Assembly (NCBI GenBank): GCA_026770705.1
Contig: JANJGN010000017.1
Coordinates: 12,338,001-12,402,000 of the forward strand
Source: Isurus oxyrinchus
Taxonomy: Eukaryota
DNA: 64,000 nt
Direction of reading: 5' to 3'
Shown: one piece after another, positions 23,750 to 36,797 of the stretch
Layout of the letters: every line of letters begins with the position of its first letter
Numbering within the stretch: the first letter of the stretch is position 1
Position numbers and translations under genes: made by a program
The notes under the pieces: model-generated
What the model was told of the DNA's origin: nothing
Seen by the model: the letters and a program-made list of their open reading frames with translations, nothing else
Databases searched by the model: none

Positions 23750-23920
23750 ATTATCACAATGCTGTTTGTGGGAGCCTGCTGTGCACAAATTGGTTGCCAT
23801 GTTTTGCACATTACAACAGTGACTACACTTTAAAAAAACTTCATTTGCTGTAAAGTGCTTTGGGACATTCTGGGGCCATGAAAGGCACTACAGAAATGCA
23901 AGTTCTTTCTTTTTCTTTGC
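23750..23920 (+). mobile_element. DeuSINE 3' tail
   Basis: GCTGTTTGTGGGAGCCTGCTGTGCACAAATTGG..AAAGGCACTACAGAAATGCAAGTTCTTTC. Confidence 0.7.
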
Positions 23921-24299
23921 TTTTAACGAATTGGCCAAGTGTAGTAATCTGTAGTGCTGTGTACTCTCCACTTGGCATTGTCCAAACAAATCATAGAGCT
24001 AGCTAATGGTGCAGCTGCACTGACATCTGGGCGTCAAGCCTCGAGGATTCCTTGAACCAAACATTAGGACTCATCTTAACATCTACAGTTTCTCAGAGGA
24101 TTAAACAGCTGAGTATATTAACCTGGATGGCCCATACCTTGATTTCTCCACACCATTAATTCATCTTTCTTGGCTAATGCCTTCTAATAAATAGAGCTGG
24201 GAATGATGAGTGATATAATTCTATTAAACTGTTGCTATTACTAACTTATTACTGCCTCTAATTTTAGTAAAAAACTATGATACAAATTGTAAATGGTTA

Positions 24300-24970
24300 C
24301 ACACCATTTGCATTTATATACTGCCGCTTATGTAGAAAGAGGACCCAAGACATATCACAGAGGCATTATCAGAAAAAAACCAACACTGAGATGAATGAAA
24401 TATTGGAAGAGAGTATCAAAAGCTTTGTCAAAAGAGGTGGGTTTTATGGACGGCCTTAAAGAAGGAGAGGGAATTGGAGGGGTTTGGGAAGAATATCCCA
24501 GAGCATTGGTCCTAGGCAACTGAATGCACAGTTGCCAATGGTGAGATGAAGGGAGGAGGGAGGATCTACAAAAGCCCACAGTCAAAGGATTACACAGTTT
24601 GGGGTGGATTAGAATCATACAATAAGAGGCCATTCAGCCCATCAAGCCTGTGGCAGATCTTTGAAAGAGCTATCCAATTATTTCAACTACCCCTTCTCTT
24701 CCCCATAGCCCAGCAAATTTTTCTTTTTCAAGTATTTATCCAATTCCATTTCGAAAGCTACCATTGAATTTACTTCCACCAAACTCAAGGGCACTGCATT
24801 CCAGATCACAACAACTCGCTGAATGAGAAAGTTCCCCTGATCTCCCACCTGGACTTGGGCCAGAATGCTGTAGGGCTGGAGGAGGGGCTACAGGTATAGA
24901 GAGGGGCGAAGCCATGAAGAATTTTAAACATCTGGATGAGAATTTCAAGTTAAAGGCATAGGGCAACCAT
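24300..24970 (-). mobile_element. L2-type LINE 3' fragment interrupted by a CR1 tail (about 24610-24845)
   Basis: AGCTTTGTCAAAAGAGGTGGGTTTTA..GGGAAGAATATCCCAGAGC; insert starts AGAATCATACAATAAGAGGCCATTCAGCCC. Confidence 0.6.
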
Positions 24971-25319
24971 GTTGGTGTTCTAACACACACAACAGGCCCA
25001 TCATTCTGATCATATGCTCCTGTCTGTCAAGACATGGATAATTAAAATCTCGCTGAATGATAATTTTGGTATTGTTACTTACCTCTGAAATTTGAATAAG
25101 GATTTCCTCCTCTTAAAAAAAAAATCCTTTCCACAACTTGAAAATCTTGTAATAGTGATGGAACAAACCCTTTTTGTATTCCAACCATATTGACTCTGTT
25201 TACATCTCCTCCGTGTATGCTCCAATTCTCCCTACAGCATCTATTGCCTCTTTTACTGATGTTACCTCTCCACCTCCACACCAATTTTTTTCCATTTCTC
25301 TGAAATATATTACATGCCT

Positions 25320-26400
25320 TCCTCAGGCATGGTCACAACAACTAAATGCCAGAGAGATGAGAATTGTTGCCTTTGACTTCAAAGGCAGCATTCAATCATG
25401 GAACAAAACTAAGGTCAATGAGGTGAGGTGAAACAGAAAATCCTCCTTTTTTTGGAGCCATACCTGACACAGAAAGAGATGGTTGTGGTTGTCAGATGTC
25501 AATCATCAAAAGATCAAAACATCATTGAAGGAATTCTTCAGTGAAGTGCCTTTGGTTCAATCATCTTCACTGATTCATCAATAATTTTTCATCTATTATA
25601 ACTTCAGGACGAGGGCTGTTCACTATTGATTTCACAGTGTCAAGCTCCATTCACAATTCTTTCATTAATGCAGTACTGCAGTCCATAACAGCTTACAGCA
25701 TGATTTGACAACATCCAGTCTAAATCTGACAAATAACATGGAAGATTCCTGCAACATAAGTACCAGGTAACGAGCATCACAAACAGGAAAAAGTCTCTTC
25801 ACTTCCCTTTATCTTCAACAGTACCACCATCAACACATTGTGGGTTGGCATTTACTGGAAGCTTAACTGGACCAGCGTTGTAACGTTGTAACTACAATCA
25901 TGCAACAGAGACTAGGTACCCAGCAATGAATGGCTCGCATTTTGACCCCATAAGACCTGTCCACTATCTTCAAAACTCAAGTAAGAAGCGTGATGAAATA
26001 TTTACCACCTGTCTAACTAGTGCTGCCAGTATAACACTCAAACTGTCCAGGAAAAGCACTCCATTTGATCAGTGTCCCCGACATTGGACTCCGTATCCAC
26101 CACCTCCATCACTGGCACACTGTAGGTACAATGTGCACCAATTACAGTTTCCAATGCAGTAACTCACTCAGCTTACTTTGATCACCCAGTCTTGCAACCT
26201 CTATTGCTATGAACAACAAGGGCAACAATAATGTGGAAATACCTGAATTCTCCTCCAATTCACAGGCCATCCTAACTTAGTTAGATATCACTCTTCCACC
26301 ATTGTCACTGAGTCAAAATCCTGGAATATTTGCCTTAACAGCTGAGTTGGGAGTACCACAAGACAAGCAGCAGTTCAAGGAGGAGTCCCATCACCATTCT
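25320..26400 (+). mobile_element. Old, heavily diverged copy of the APE-RT LINE (RT domain to 3' region)
   Basis: Colinear remnants: WSQQLNAREMRIVAFDFK, GATGGTTGTGGTTGTC, AACTGGACCAG, CTGTCCACTATCTTCAA, GAGTCAAAATCCTGGAA. Confidence 0.7.
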
Positions 26401-26754
26401 CCACCTCTCTCTCCTCCTTTAAGATCTTCCTTAAAACTGACCTATTCAAGCTTTAGGTCATCGGCTCCAATATCCCCTTCCTTGGCACAGTGCTATATTG
26501 TCTTGCTCTGCAGTTTGCACAGTATCTTGCATCTTGCCTATATTCTCAAGTTCGTACACAGTTGCTTCCTCAATCTCCAAGAAAGTTGGATTGGCCAGTT
26601 CATACAATAAGTACAATCCAACCCCACCCATTCACAGAGTCACTTGCTCCATTTTTGGGTGGGTGATGGGCGAGCTGTTCACATTAATCATGCTACTTAT
26701 AAACAGCTAGTCATTGGGGAGAGTGGAAAACTTGGCATTTGGGGCAGAAATTGG

Positions 26755-27165
26755 TAATGCAATGACATCAGTAACACAATAGTGTATTTGACAATGCAAT
26801 GACATGTTTCAGTGACAGCATGATGTGTTTTAGTAATACCATGTCATATTTCAATATTGCAACTTGCTTTATGGGTGCAATTTGTTAGGAATAAAATAGC
26901 ATGTTTCAGGAAGCAAACAATGTGTTTTGCTTAACACAATAATGTGCTTTGATATTTTAATGACATGTCTTGGTAATGCTATGGCACACTTCAGTAACAT
27001 AATTACATGTTTTATTCAACACAATAATGTATTTTAATAACTCTTGACGCACTTTGGTGACTCAATGGCATGCTTTAGTAACACAATTATATGTTTTATT
27101 TAAAGCACTAATTTCTTTGGTAACTACATGACATGTCTTAGTAGCCCTATGACATATATTAATAT
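26755..27165. repeat. Degenerate ~21-bp minisatellite, roughly 19-20 units, consensus about AACACAATGACATGTTTTAGT
   Basis: Units such as AATGCAATGACATGTTTCAGT, GACAGCATGATGTGTTTTAGT, AATGCTATGGCACACTTCAGT, GACTCAATGGCATGCTTTAGT. Confidence 0.75.
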
Positions 27166-27519
27166 GCTTTCCCCATACTTCAAATCCCAGAATTCCCCCT
27201 GATGTACCCACTCCCTAACCCTTTATTGGTACTTTTGCTTAGACAGAGGCCTTTCTAATCCCCACACTCCCAGCACTGTGTTAGGCACCAGTTGGTGATA
27301 TCACAGCTATTCACCAAATACACACTGAACTTACATCTGTACCACCAAAATGCAAACTACACCCTCAAAGCAAACACTGCATTCCCTTGGCTAATTGTGG
27401 GAGACAGAGAAAGAGAAAGATCAGATATAAGTTTTAGAAAGGAACTTGGGGAGGTACCTAATGAACCATTAAGATCACCTGCACAGATGTTAACAACAAC
27501 AATTTTCACTTACATAACC

Positions 27520-28340
27520 TGGTTCTGAAGAAGAGTCATTTGACATGAAACATTAACTCTGTTTCTCTCTCCACAGATGCTGTCAGACCTGCTGGGCAGA
27601 ATTTTGCCCTTGGTGGGCGGGGCTCAGTAGAGGTGGGCGGGAAGTCGCCCACTGCCCGCGATTGGCACCCGCACCACGATTTCATGCAGGCAGGCCAATT
27701 AAGGCCCACCCAGCGTGAAACATGAGCGGCAGTGCTCAGCGCTGCCTGAGTGGGTGGGGGGAGGGGGAGCAAGCGGGCCGAGTGCGAACTTTGCGCATGC
27801 GCGCAAGTGAGCGCTTCAGAATCTCCCTGAGGCACAGAGCCGCCTTGGGGGGGGGGGGGGGGAGTTGTGGTGAAGTGATATAACAAAAATTAATAAAGAA
27901 AATAAAAATGTAATAAAACATGTACCATCATGTGACTCTGTCACATGAGCAGGGACATGTTATTAATTCAACTGCAAGACTTTTATTTTTATTTGCTTTT
28001 AGAAACCACATCCCATCCGAATGCCAAGGTCGCTTGGCCTTTTCGCCCACCTGCCAATGGGCAGCGCAAAATTTAGCTTAACTGATTAGTTAATGGCCTT
28101 AACAGGCCTTTTCATTGTCGGCGGCTCCGACTCTGACTTGGGCGCGCACCCGCCAGCCGAATTATTGCAGGACCCGTGCATTGATGTTGGCACGCTCGGC
28201 TGAGATCAACACGCATCATTTCACGTTCGAGCAGGTTGGGCGCGCGCCCACCCGCCGAGTGAAATGTTCTGCCCGCTGAGCTTTCCCAGCACTTCCTGTT
28301 TTTATTTCAGATCCCCATTATCCGCAGTATTTTGATTTTA
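27520..28340 (+). mobile_element. Penelope-type short repeat with decayed minimal hammerhead motif, split by a MITE
   Basis: GTTCTGAAGAAGAGTCATTTGACATGAAACATTAACTC..CACAGATGCTGTCAGACCTGCT[MITE]GAGCTTTCCCAGCAC..TTTCAGAT. Confidence 0.6.
27594..28274. mobile_element. GC-rich PIF/Harbinger-type MITE
   Basis: TIRs GGGCAGAA / TTCTGCCC with exact 3-bp TSD GCT (27591-27593 and 28275-28277). Confidence 0.8.
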
Positions 28341-28344
28341 TTCA

Positions 28345-28830
28345 CTTATATAGTGTCTCTAATGCAGTAAAACATAACAAAGTACTTCACAGAAATGACA
28401 AACAGACAAAAACTGATGCCTAGCCACGTAAAGGGATATTAGGCCAAGTGATCAAAAACTTGGTCAAAGCTGTAGAGAGGTTTAAGGAGGGTCTTAAAAG
28501 AGGAGAGAGATATAGAGTTGGGGAGAGGTTTAGGGAGGGAATTTCAGCATAAACAGCTGAGAGCACAGACACCAGTGATATGGCAGAAGAGGCAGGGAAT
28601 GCACAAGAGGCCAAAGTTGGAGGAGTGCTGAATATTTGGAGGGCTGACGAGCTGGAGGATGTTACAGAAATAGGGAGGGTTGAGGCCATGATGAATTTGA
28701 ATACAGGGAAAAGAATTTTAAAATTAAGTTGTTGCCAGACCAAGAGCCTATGAAGGTCAGAGAGCACAGGAGTGATGGGCTAATGGGACTCGGTGAATTA
28801 GGATCTCTTTCTTGTGTTAGCAGGCTTTCA
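28345..28830 (-). mobile_element. L2 LINE 3' fragment
   Basis: ORF 28420-28767 starts LSDLHRLLVWQQLNFKIL.PVFK, similar to the L2 ORF2 motif L..LHWLPV..RI.FKIL. Confidence 0.75.
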
Positions 28831-28857
28831 GATGAGATGTTAATAATAAATACAATA

Positions 28858-29150
28858 AATGTTGGCCCAGCAGCAAAGCCCACATCCCATGAATGAATAA
28901 AAAAAAAGAGCAGGGAAATCATCCTTGCTGTCCTGGCCAATATTTATCCGTCAATCGCCATCACAGGTTATCCGGCCATCATCACATTGCTGTCTGTGGG
29001 AGCTTGCTGTGTGCAAACTGACTGCTAAATTTCCTACGTTACAACAATATGACTACACTTCAAAAGTACTTCATTGGCTGTAAAGCGTGTAGGGATGTCC
29101 CGATGTTGTGAAAGGTGCCAGCTGAATTAATGCAAGTCTTTATTTCTTTC
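28858..29150 (+). mobile_element. LINE/SINE tail (28858-28907) followed by the 3' half of a DeuSINE
   Basis: AATAAATGTTGGCCCAGCAGCAAAGCCCACATCCCATGAATGAATAAAAAAAA, then TGTCCTGGCCAATATTTATCC... Confidence 0.7.
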
Positions 29151-29636
29151 ACATGACGTAGCACTAACCTGTGTGGCTCAGGATTTGTTTGCCCGACCTG
29201 TGCTTGGTTAGCTGAACTTGACAAGGGCAGGATTTGCATTGTTACAGTTGGATTCACTGAGGTTAAATTTCCTTGGGGATTGGGGACTGGTGGTGTGACT
29301 TCAGTGGAAACTCTTGGATAAGTGACATAATCTCCTGCCAAAGTTTGAGTAGACAATCAGGAGAAACCCTGTGGAAATTCAAACTCTAAGTCTCTAGGCT
29401 ACAGAGGGTGGAAATTGTCCAAAGCTCTTGCTCCTGATCACTTTCTAGTTGCTGTAAATTGGGCGAAAGCAGCATTAGGCTTGATTGTGATTCACCTCAT
29501 GAGTAAATGGTTTGCTAACATTCATTGATTAGGCCCACAAATGAAGAATTTTATAGTCCAGAAGAAAGCAATTAGGCATATCATGCCTGCACCAGCTCTC
29601 TGAAAGAGATATTGCCTTAGATCAGTCTTGTTCAAC

Positions 29637-30575
29637 CAGTGGCTCCCAAAGCCATTCTATGTGGCCCCCGCAACCACTGCTCAAATTGCCAGTAAGACAG
29701 ATGAGTGGAGTTGAAGATTCTACAGTGGTTGCTCCTCCAACGACAGGCCCGTTCTTCGCCCGCATTTGGTAGGAGAGAAACAGGCTGTGATTGGAGGAAC
29801 AGCGAATACCAGCAGCAGTGAGTATGCTGGGAAAAGCAGGTTTTCAAGGGGGTTGAGAGAGAGGCAGAGCGAGAGAGAGACACTGCCAGGACCACGAGGG
29901 AAGGTGAGAGTGTGGGGGTCAGGATTGAGACGCTGATCAGCCTGGGGTCAAGGGGTGGGGGAAGAGGCTGACTGGTGTGTGTGTGAGAGAGTGAGTGTGA
30001 GAGAAAGAGAGAGTGAGTGTGTGAGAGAGTATGTGTGTGAACGAGTGTGAGTGTGTGAGAGAGAAAGAAAGAGAATGAATGTATGTGAAAGACAGAGAAT
30101 GTGTGAGACAGATAGGGAGAGTGAGTGAGTGAGAGAGAGAGAGACACAGAGTATATGTGTGCGCGTGTATGTGTGTGCGTGTATGCATGTGTACGTACGT
30201 GCTTGTGTGTGTCTGACTCAGTCCCAGACTCAGGATTCTCACTCACTCTCATCCCCGCACTCCAATAGATATTCATGCCCACTCACACAGTGGGTGAGAG
30301 TGAGTGAGTGAGCTCCCTGAGACTGGCAGTGAGCCGGGCACACACACTCTGACCCTCTCACGCTATTTTGGTCATCTTCATTAATTACCCTATTTAAAAT
30401 ATTATCAATTCCTTGCTTTGACATTGCTTCATTTTTGCTCAGCAAGTTGTTTCTTTTCTTCATACCCAACCTTTTTTTGAAATTCATGTATCTTTCTGAA
30501 ATTTGCTGATTGGTTCCTTGAGTGAGAAAAAAATGGAAACGTGGTCCTTCATGCAAAAATGTTGGACCATCTCGC
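29637..30575. mobile_element. Probable decayed non-autonomous hAT (Charlie-like) element enclosing a microsatellite
   Basis: Left end CAGTGGCTCCCAAA..ATGTGGCCCCC; right end GTGGTCCTTCATGCAAAAATGTTGGACCATCTC resembles Charlie-type termini. Confidence 0.45.
29860..30310. repeat. Compound (GA)n/(GT)n/(GAGT)n low-complexity microsatellite
   Basis: Directly visible dinucleotide runs. Confidence 0.9.
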
Positions 30576-31984
30576 CTTAAATCCATCCACCCCTTCTTCA
30601 AATATTGATCCTTCTCCATGTTACAAAAATCTAATATGGACTCTGCACCAATCAATGTAGGGCACCCAAATAACCCTTTGGTGATATTACAACTATATAC
30701 TGGCTTACGGAGGCTGCATTGGTATAAGTTGAAGTCCTCAGAATTGGAGGGGAATACGTTGGTTACAAAAAAATCGCTTCCTGGATTTCAGTGTCTGCTT
30801 TCTTTGTTCCGTGATGTCATGTAAAGCATCTTTGACCGTGCATATTTTTCTCAGGCAAGCTGTAAACAATGTTGAAGAGATAAGATTATCAGCTGATTAT
30901 ATTGAATTTGGTGTGACTAACAAGGGATATACGCTCACAACATAGCCTCCACATCCCTACCAGTATAAGAATCCACCCAGGTGAAGCCTTATCACTTAGT
31001 TACTTGATACAGGGCAGAAGCCTGAGGCCTACAGGCAGTCAGATATTTAACAAGGATTAAACCCAGTACAGATTAATCTGATAATTCATCTGACGTTAGC
31101 CAGCACACGGTTTGAAGCAACAGAGACTGGAAGAGATAGGGAGATGTCATCTGTCAGTAAAACTATGGCCTGCACGCACAGTCTTTCGGCCTGGTTTTGT
31201 GAAGACAAGGTTGCCTTTAGTGTCTTGATGGGAATTCGATGGGTCAGAAGTCAAAGGTCAGTTTATGAATGCTTATCCGTTTGATAAAGCAGCAGGGGAG
31301 TGTATGGTGGAGGGGCACAGAGCGAAGGGAAGCAATTTAGATTTTGTCTACCAAATTCTCATCATCAGGAGATGGAGAAATTGAAAAATAGTGTCTGCTG
31401 TTTACACTGCTTGACATTAGAAATTAATCAAGGAGAGGTCATCATAATCTGGAGTGCAGAAATCTGTCTCTGCTTCTCCAGAAATTGTGTGTTATTAGTA
31501 CGCCTGTGTAAACCATAAAGCTTTAAAACGATTCTAAATACATGTAAGCAATAACATTCCCCTGCCTTTGAGGCCCCAAGTTTAAAACATGGACAGAGCT
31601 ATAATGTGTTTGTTCATGAGACACTTAACACACATTTCTTAGAACTGACCCTTTATGATTAAAAACTGAGATAAAAAAATCAAACATTTCAGGAAATTTT
31701 AACTTTTCCCTTTCCTGATATTCTTATATTCTTGTTGCTGCTAACGTATATTCATTTTTTACATGTTTTTTTTCTCTGTGCCATGCAGAGCTGGAGCATT
31801 AGCCTGGATTTTCCTGACCTTTGCCCCCAGGAAGCGGCTATTTACCCAGGCACAGAAGTCAGGAAAGGGGCGGAGACTTAAATTGCCACGATGGCAAATA
31901 CCAATGTTTCTGGGTCTAGAAAGGAGCTGCGCTCCAATCCTGCACCAGAGAGGGGCGGGATCAGGAAAATTGCCTATGATGTAT

Positions 31985-32470
31985 TGTAGAAATATTAGGA
32001 ACAGGGGTAGGCCATTCAGCCCCTCTCTTGAAAGCTCCAATTTCCCAGCATCCCTAGCCTTCTGAGGAGCATTCCAGATTTCCACCAACCTTTGTGTGAA
32101 AAGACGTTTCTGGATATCCCCCCTATAATGGCCTAACTTTAATTTTAAAATTACATCCCCTTTGACTCCCTCATCAGATGAAATAGTTTTCCTATATCTA
32201 TCCTATTAAATCCACCCCCCCCTTTTAATTCTTTAAACACATTGATCAGATCGTCCCTCAGTTCCCTGTACTCAAGACAATGCAAGGGAAGTTTATGCCA
32301 CTTGTCCTCACAATCCAATCTGCTAAGCCCCGGTATTATTCTGGTGAATATGTGTTGCATCTGCTGCAAGGCCAAAAAATCCTTCCTGAGGTGCGGTGCC
32401 CAGAATCGAATGACATTTGATGAGGGCTCTATACAATTGAAGCATAACTTCCTCCCCACACTTGCAACCC
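31985..32470 (-). mobile_element. CR1 LINE 3' fragment
   Basis: ORF 32151-32459 reads FWAPHLRKDFLALQQMQHIFTRIIPGL...LEYRELRDDLINVFK. Confidence 0.8.
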
Positions 32471-33587
32471 CCTTAAATTCACTGTTCCACTAGCTCTGAT
32501 ATTCATATATCCATGACCTGTTATAACTCTGACAATATGCTGGCCTAATTATTAATCTCATAACTATTGGCCTGATTATGACAGCTCTTTCATGGGTTAA
32601 GCAGCAGATACATTTGCCTTATTTGCCATACATTGACATTACAAACAAATGGTCATGATATCACTCTCACAGTATGCATAACAATACATATAAATACATA
32701 GAGGTTATTAAGTGGCAAAAAGCCATTTAGCCCAATCATTAGCCCTCCTTGTTAGAAAATAGTTCCAGGCCACCATCCAATCTCATTTCAATGATTCCAG
32801 TTTCTGTCTCAACTACTATCCATAGAAGTGCATTCCACAGTCTCACAACTCACTTTGTGAAGATGTTTATCCTGCTCTCTGCCCCAAATCTGTTACATGT
32901 ATTCAAGATACAACCTAAAATATAAAAGACAATTGCAACTTCCTCAATAGCTCAGTGGGCAATGGAACCATAATGCCAATCAAACCGACCTCCCTGACCC
33001 TTGGCCTCCCATTGGATTGCCAATTCACCTTGCACACAGACATAGTTCATTGGATCGCCACCCCTTCTGCACTGGTCTGGGATTACCAGGACTTTTCTGA
33101 AGGTTGGGGGTGAATATAGAACTTGGCCTGTGCTCACAGTAGGTGCAGCCCAGTCGATGACACTCAATTGAGACTGGTTGTGGCAATTCCAGCCTTCTGT
33201 CCAATTTTCCTGTTGGCTGGGCATCACCACCTTGGGAGCACCCAGTATGCATGGCACTATGGTCTGCTTCCAACCCATTGTGGACAGAGTTTTTAATAAT
33301 TTTAAGCTCTTAACCACCTCCTCACAAGGATGTTGAAGTCACAACCAGACCTCCTGGCAGGCAATCACTGCCAGCAAACACTTCATTGTCCCTGCCACCA
33401 ATGCTAGGTCCAGTAGAAGCAAAGGAGAACCCAGATCATGCAAGTGGCCCAGGTTAGGAAATCTCAATACTGCTGGACTGGACTGGAGCAAAGCAGTTTA
33501 AGGTGCCATATTTATCTAGTGCAGGGGCTGAAACATATTCTTTGATAAAGGCCCCAAGTTCAATTCCCTGTCTGTGACGAGAAAACT

Positions 33588-34223
33588 GGAGCAGAATTTT
33601 GCTTTGGAGTCGGAAACCTGAAGCCAGGATCAAATGTGGATCTCACAGTGCAAATTAGTCATCCAATATGATTTCCCAAGAAATGGTCAGTTGATGACCA
33701 GGGGGCATGCTCACCAGTTAAGGACTGAGGGTGGGCTCCTGATGCTGGAGGGCCAACAAGATACCCTCCAGCGCTGAGAGACCGGCAATCTGCGGATACA
33801 GGTAAAGGAGAGAGAGGGTACCTCAAAATGGACTCACTCTCTCAGCACTTTTAAATGTTTTGAAAATAATAATGGCCACACCGCCATTGTGAAGGGTTTA
33901 ATTATTCTGCAATGCTGCCTTTCCCAGCCCCTCCTGATCTGCTGCCAGGAGGCTGCCTGCATTCACTGACCATGATGCAGCCACCATGAGGGGTTGTGGG
34001 GCTGGGGGTGGGGTGTGTGAGGGCCACCTGTCGATGGTATAATTCCAGTCAGTTTGGGAGAGGGGCTTTAATAGGCCCCTTAATCACTCCAGTTGACTAC
34101 CAACACCTTACACAGTCTTTGAATCTCTGGTCCAGCCTCCTTGGAAACCAGCACATCACTCTCCCAGGGTGATTTATTTTTTGGTCCAGTTCCTTGCCCA
34201 TAGCCATTGTAGAATCTGGCCCC
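33588..34223. mobile_element. Diverged Harbinger-type MITE
   Basis: Ends GGAGCAGAATTTT and AGAATCTGGCCCC; internal organisation resembles 27594-28274. Confidence 0.45.
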
Positions 34224-35009
34224 TGATTTCAGTAAGGGATGTTACAACTGGCCTGTCCAAACGCCAAATGAGCAGGCTGAGTTTGAAGACTGTTGCTGAC
34301 ATGGTTACATCATGTACACTGAGACTTCAGTTCAACACTTAGTGAATGCCATATTAAACAAAGGCCAATATTTTCCGGCCCCATCTTGGGGGGACCTGCC
34401 GTGGGAGACTCGCTGGCCCAGCCAAACGTCCGTTGACTTTCGGTGGGACTGGACCATCCCGTTAGCGGGCAGGGGCCGGAAAGTCCCACCCAAAGGCTCT
34501 AAACAACCTCTTCACGTGTATGTGAATGATCATCAAGGTGCTACTTAAAGAAGGGCAGGGGAGTTCTGGCCGAACATGCCCAGCACTCACTTAAAAATGA
34601 AATGAAATACCTTGCCTGCGATGTACTTTGCCCTCTTCTTAGAATGTGAAAAGTATTTGATAAATTCAAAGCCTTTTAATTGCAGAGAGAAAAAGTGCAG
34701 CTTAAAAATTACTTTAAACAATTGTACTGGGCAATGTTACATGGTTGCAAGTCAAACAATGAAAGCTCCAAAGCAGAAAAGAATGTTGAACAGACGCAAT
34801 GACTTTTTTCTCTATGTGAAGTGTTTTCAGAAGTTAGGAATTTTCATTAAATTTGCACAAAAGGGGATATTGATGATAATCACGTTTAACTGGTGCCTAT
34901 GGAATGTGTCTAACCCGCCTTGTGTTTGAGTCTGCAGCCGATTCTACAGATTGATGTTATATTGGGTTATATTGTCTACTTTCCCTTCCATTGTCTGCTC
35001 TGGTTCATT

Positions 35010-35432
35010 GGGCAGACCTCTCAGCCTCTCTGTCAGAAGATTGTGGGTTCAAGTCCCACCCCAGCAACTTAAATACAAAACCTGGACTTAGGCTCGCAGG
35101 GGAGTGCTGCACTGTGAGAGGTGCAGTTTTTCAGGTGATGCATTAAACTGAGGCCCTCTTAGGCATGATAACAGAGATCCTGTGGCACTATTTTGGGGCA
35201 GAGCAGAGCAGCTCTCCAAAATGTCCCGGTCAATATTTATCTGTCAATCAACATCACTGACAAGTACTTATGAGGTCATTATCACACGGCTGTTTGTGGG
35301 ATCTAGCTGTGCACAATTTGGCTGCCACATTTCCCACAATATAACAGTGACAAAAGGAGCATTTTTTTCTTCTGTGAAGTATTTTAGGATGTCATGTAAT
35401 TGTAAAAAGCATTGTATAAATGCAAGTTGTTT
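35010..35432 (+). mobile_element. DeuSINE, near full length
   Basis: B-box GTGGGTTCAAGTCCCAC; GGAGTGCTGCACTGT; tail ATAAATGCAAGTTG. Confidence 0.75.
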
Positions 35433-36269
35433 TTGTAGCAGTCTGAAGAAATAAACAGCAATTGAGCCAACACTTACTGCTGCCAAAGATGCCACCATCT
35501 TATTTATATTACAGCACCACCCCTGAAGTCAGGGCTACGTTTGGCATCAATTACATACACTTCATCACCCGACTCCGCAACCTGCCTAGCCTGCCTTCCA
35601 TCATTCACATTCTACATTCACTTCAATTTTTTGCATCTGATAAAAGCTGTTTGCTGGTTGCTGCAGGTGAAAATAATGTAGAAAGGTGTTAGTATATGTG
35701 TAAGTGAAAACAAGAGATAGATGCTCACTGATTAGACGTATGAGGGTGATGACAGGACGGTTTTGGCACTGCACCTTTTCAGTTATGTAACAGCACTTTA
35801 CCTTGTCGACTGTTGACACCTTCTGTTCACCTACTGACAGCCTAAGGGTGAGATTTCTGAATTATCCTGGTTTCATGGCATGAGTCTAGCATGGTGGACA
35901 CAAAATCTATCCGAAAACTATTCCACCAACTCCTCCTTCCAGGTTCCCCGAGTGGAAGTGGCAGTGACCCAGAAATATAGGGCAGGTGTACTCAGGTTAG
36001 GCATTGGTTTCTCCGCTTTCTCCCAGTACTGATTCTTGCTGAGAAATGGGTCCTTTTGGCTCAGTTGGTAGCACTCTCACCTCCAGCTCTGACAGCCTTG
36101 GGTTCAACATACATCTCAGGACTGAAGCCACAAGTTAGGCTGATAGCTTGCCAGCAATGTTACATTGACCACCCATCCTTGGCTCTGAGAAGATCATGGT
36201 GAGACTCCCAACTTCATAGTGATTGCTTTTACAAGCTGGTCACTTCAGAAGGTATTAAGAATCAAATAA

Positions 36270-36770
36270 ATAAATATCCTGCATTTATATGTGAACATAC
36301 GAACATACAAATTAGGAGTAGGAATAGGTCATTCAGCCCCTCTAGCCTGCTCTGCTATTTGATAAGACCATCAGCAAGATGTCCCAAAGCACTTTACGGC
36401 CAGTGAAGTACTTTTGAAGTGCACTCACCGTTGTAATTTAAGAAACAAGGCAGTCAATTGACACACAGGAAGCTCCTATAAGCAGCAATTAGATAATGGC
36501 CTGCTAATCTATTTTTGTAATGTTGGTTTAGGGACAAATATTGACTTTGATACCAGGCAGAACTCACCTGCTTTTCTTCTGAATAGTGCCACAGAATATT
36601 TTACATCTATCCAAGTGGGAAAACGGAGCCTTGGTTTAATGCCTCATCCAAAAGACAGCACCTCTGACAAAGCAGCACTCCCTCAGTACTGCACTGAAGT
36701 GCCAGCCTAGATTTTGGGCTCAAGTCTCTGGAGTGAGACTTGATATCTCAATCTTCTGACTCAGAGGCAA
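36270..36770 (-). mobile_element. DeuSINE with a short CR1 tail (about 36293-36370) inserted near its 3' end
   Basis: GCAGCACTCCCTCAGTACTGCACTGAAGTGCCAGCCTAGATT; insert GAACATACGAACATACAAATTAGGAG. Confidence 0.75.
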
Positions 36771-36797
36771 ACGCAGTATAGGTCAGGTGAAATTTTA

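Noticed and set aside
26755-27165. CRISPR-like array or heptad coding repeat
   Set aside because: Eukaryotic context, contiguous units without spacers, and no sustained ORF.
29632-30311. Long His/Thr/Ser/Leu-rich ORFs (216 aa and 101 aa)
   Set aside because: Translation of GA/GT microsatellite; not a gene.
30239-30655. 138-aa - strand ORF (MEKDQYLKKGW...)
   Set aside because: Runs through the probable end of a hAT-type element into microsatellite; no recognisable domain.
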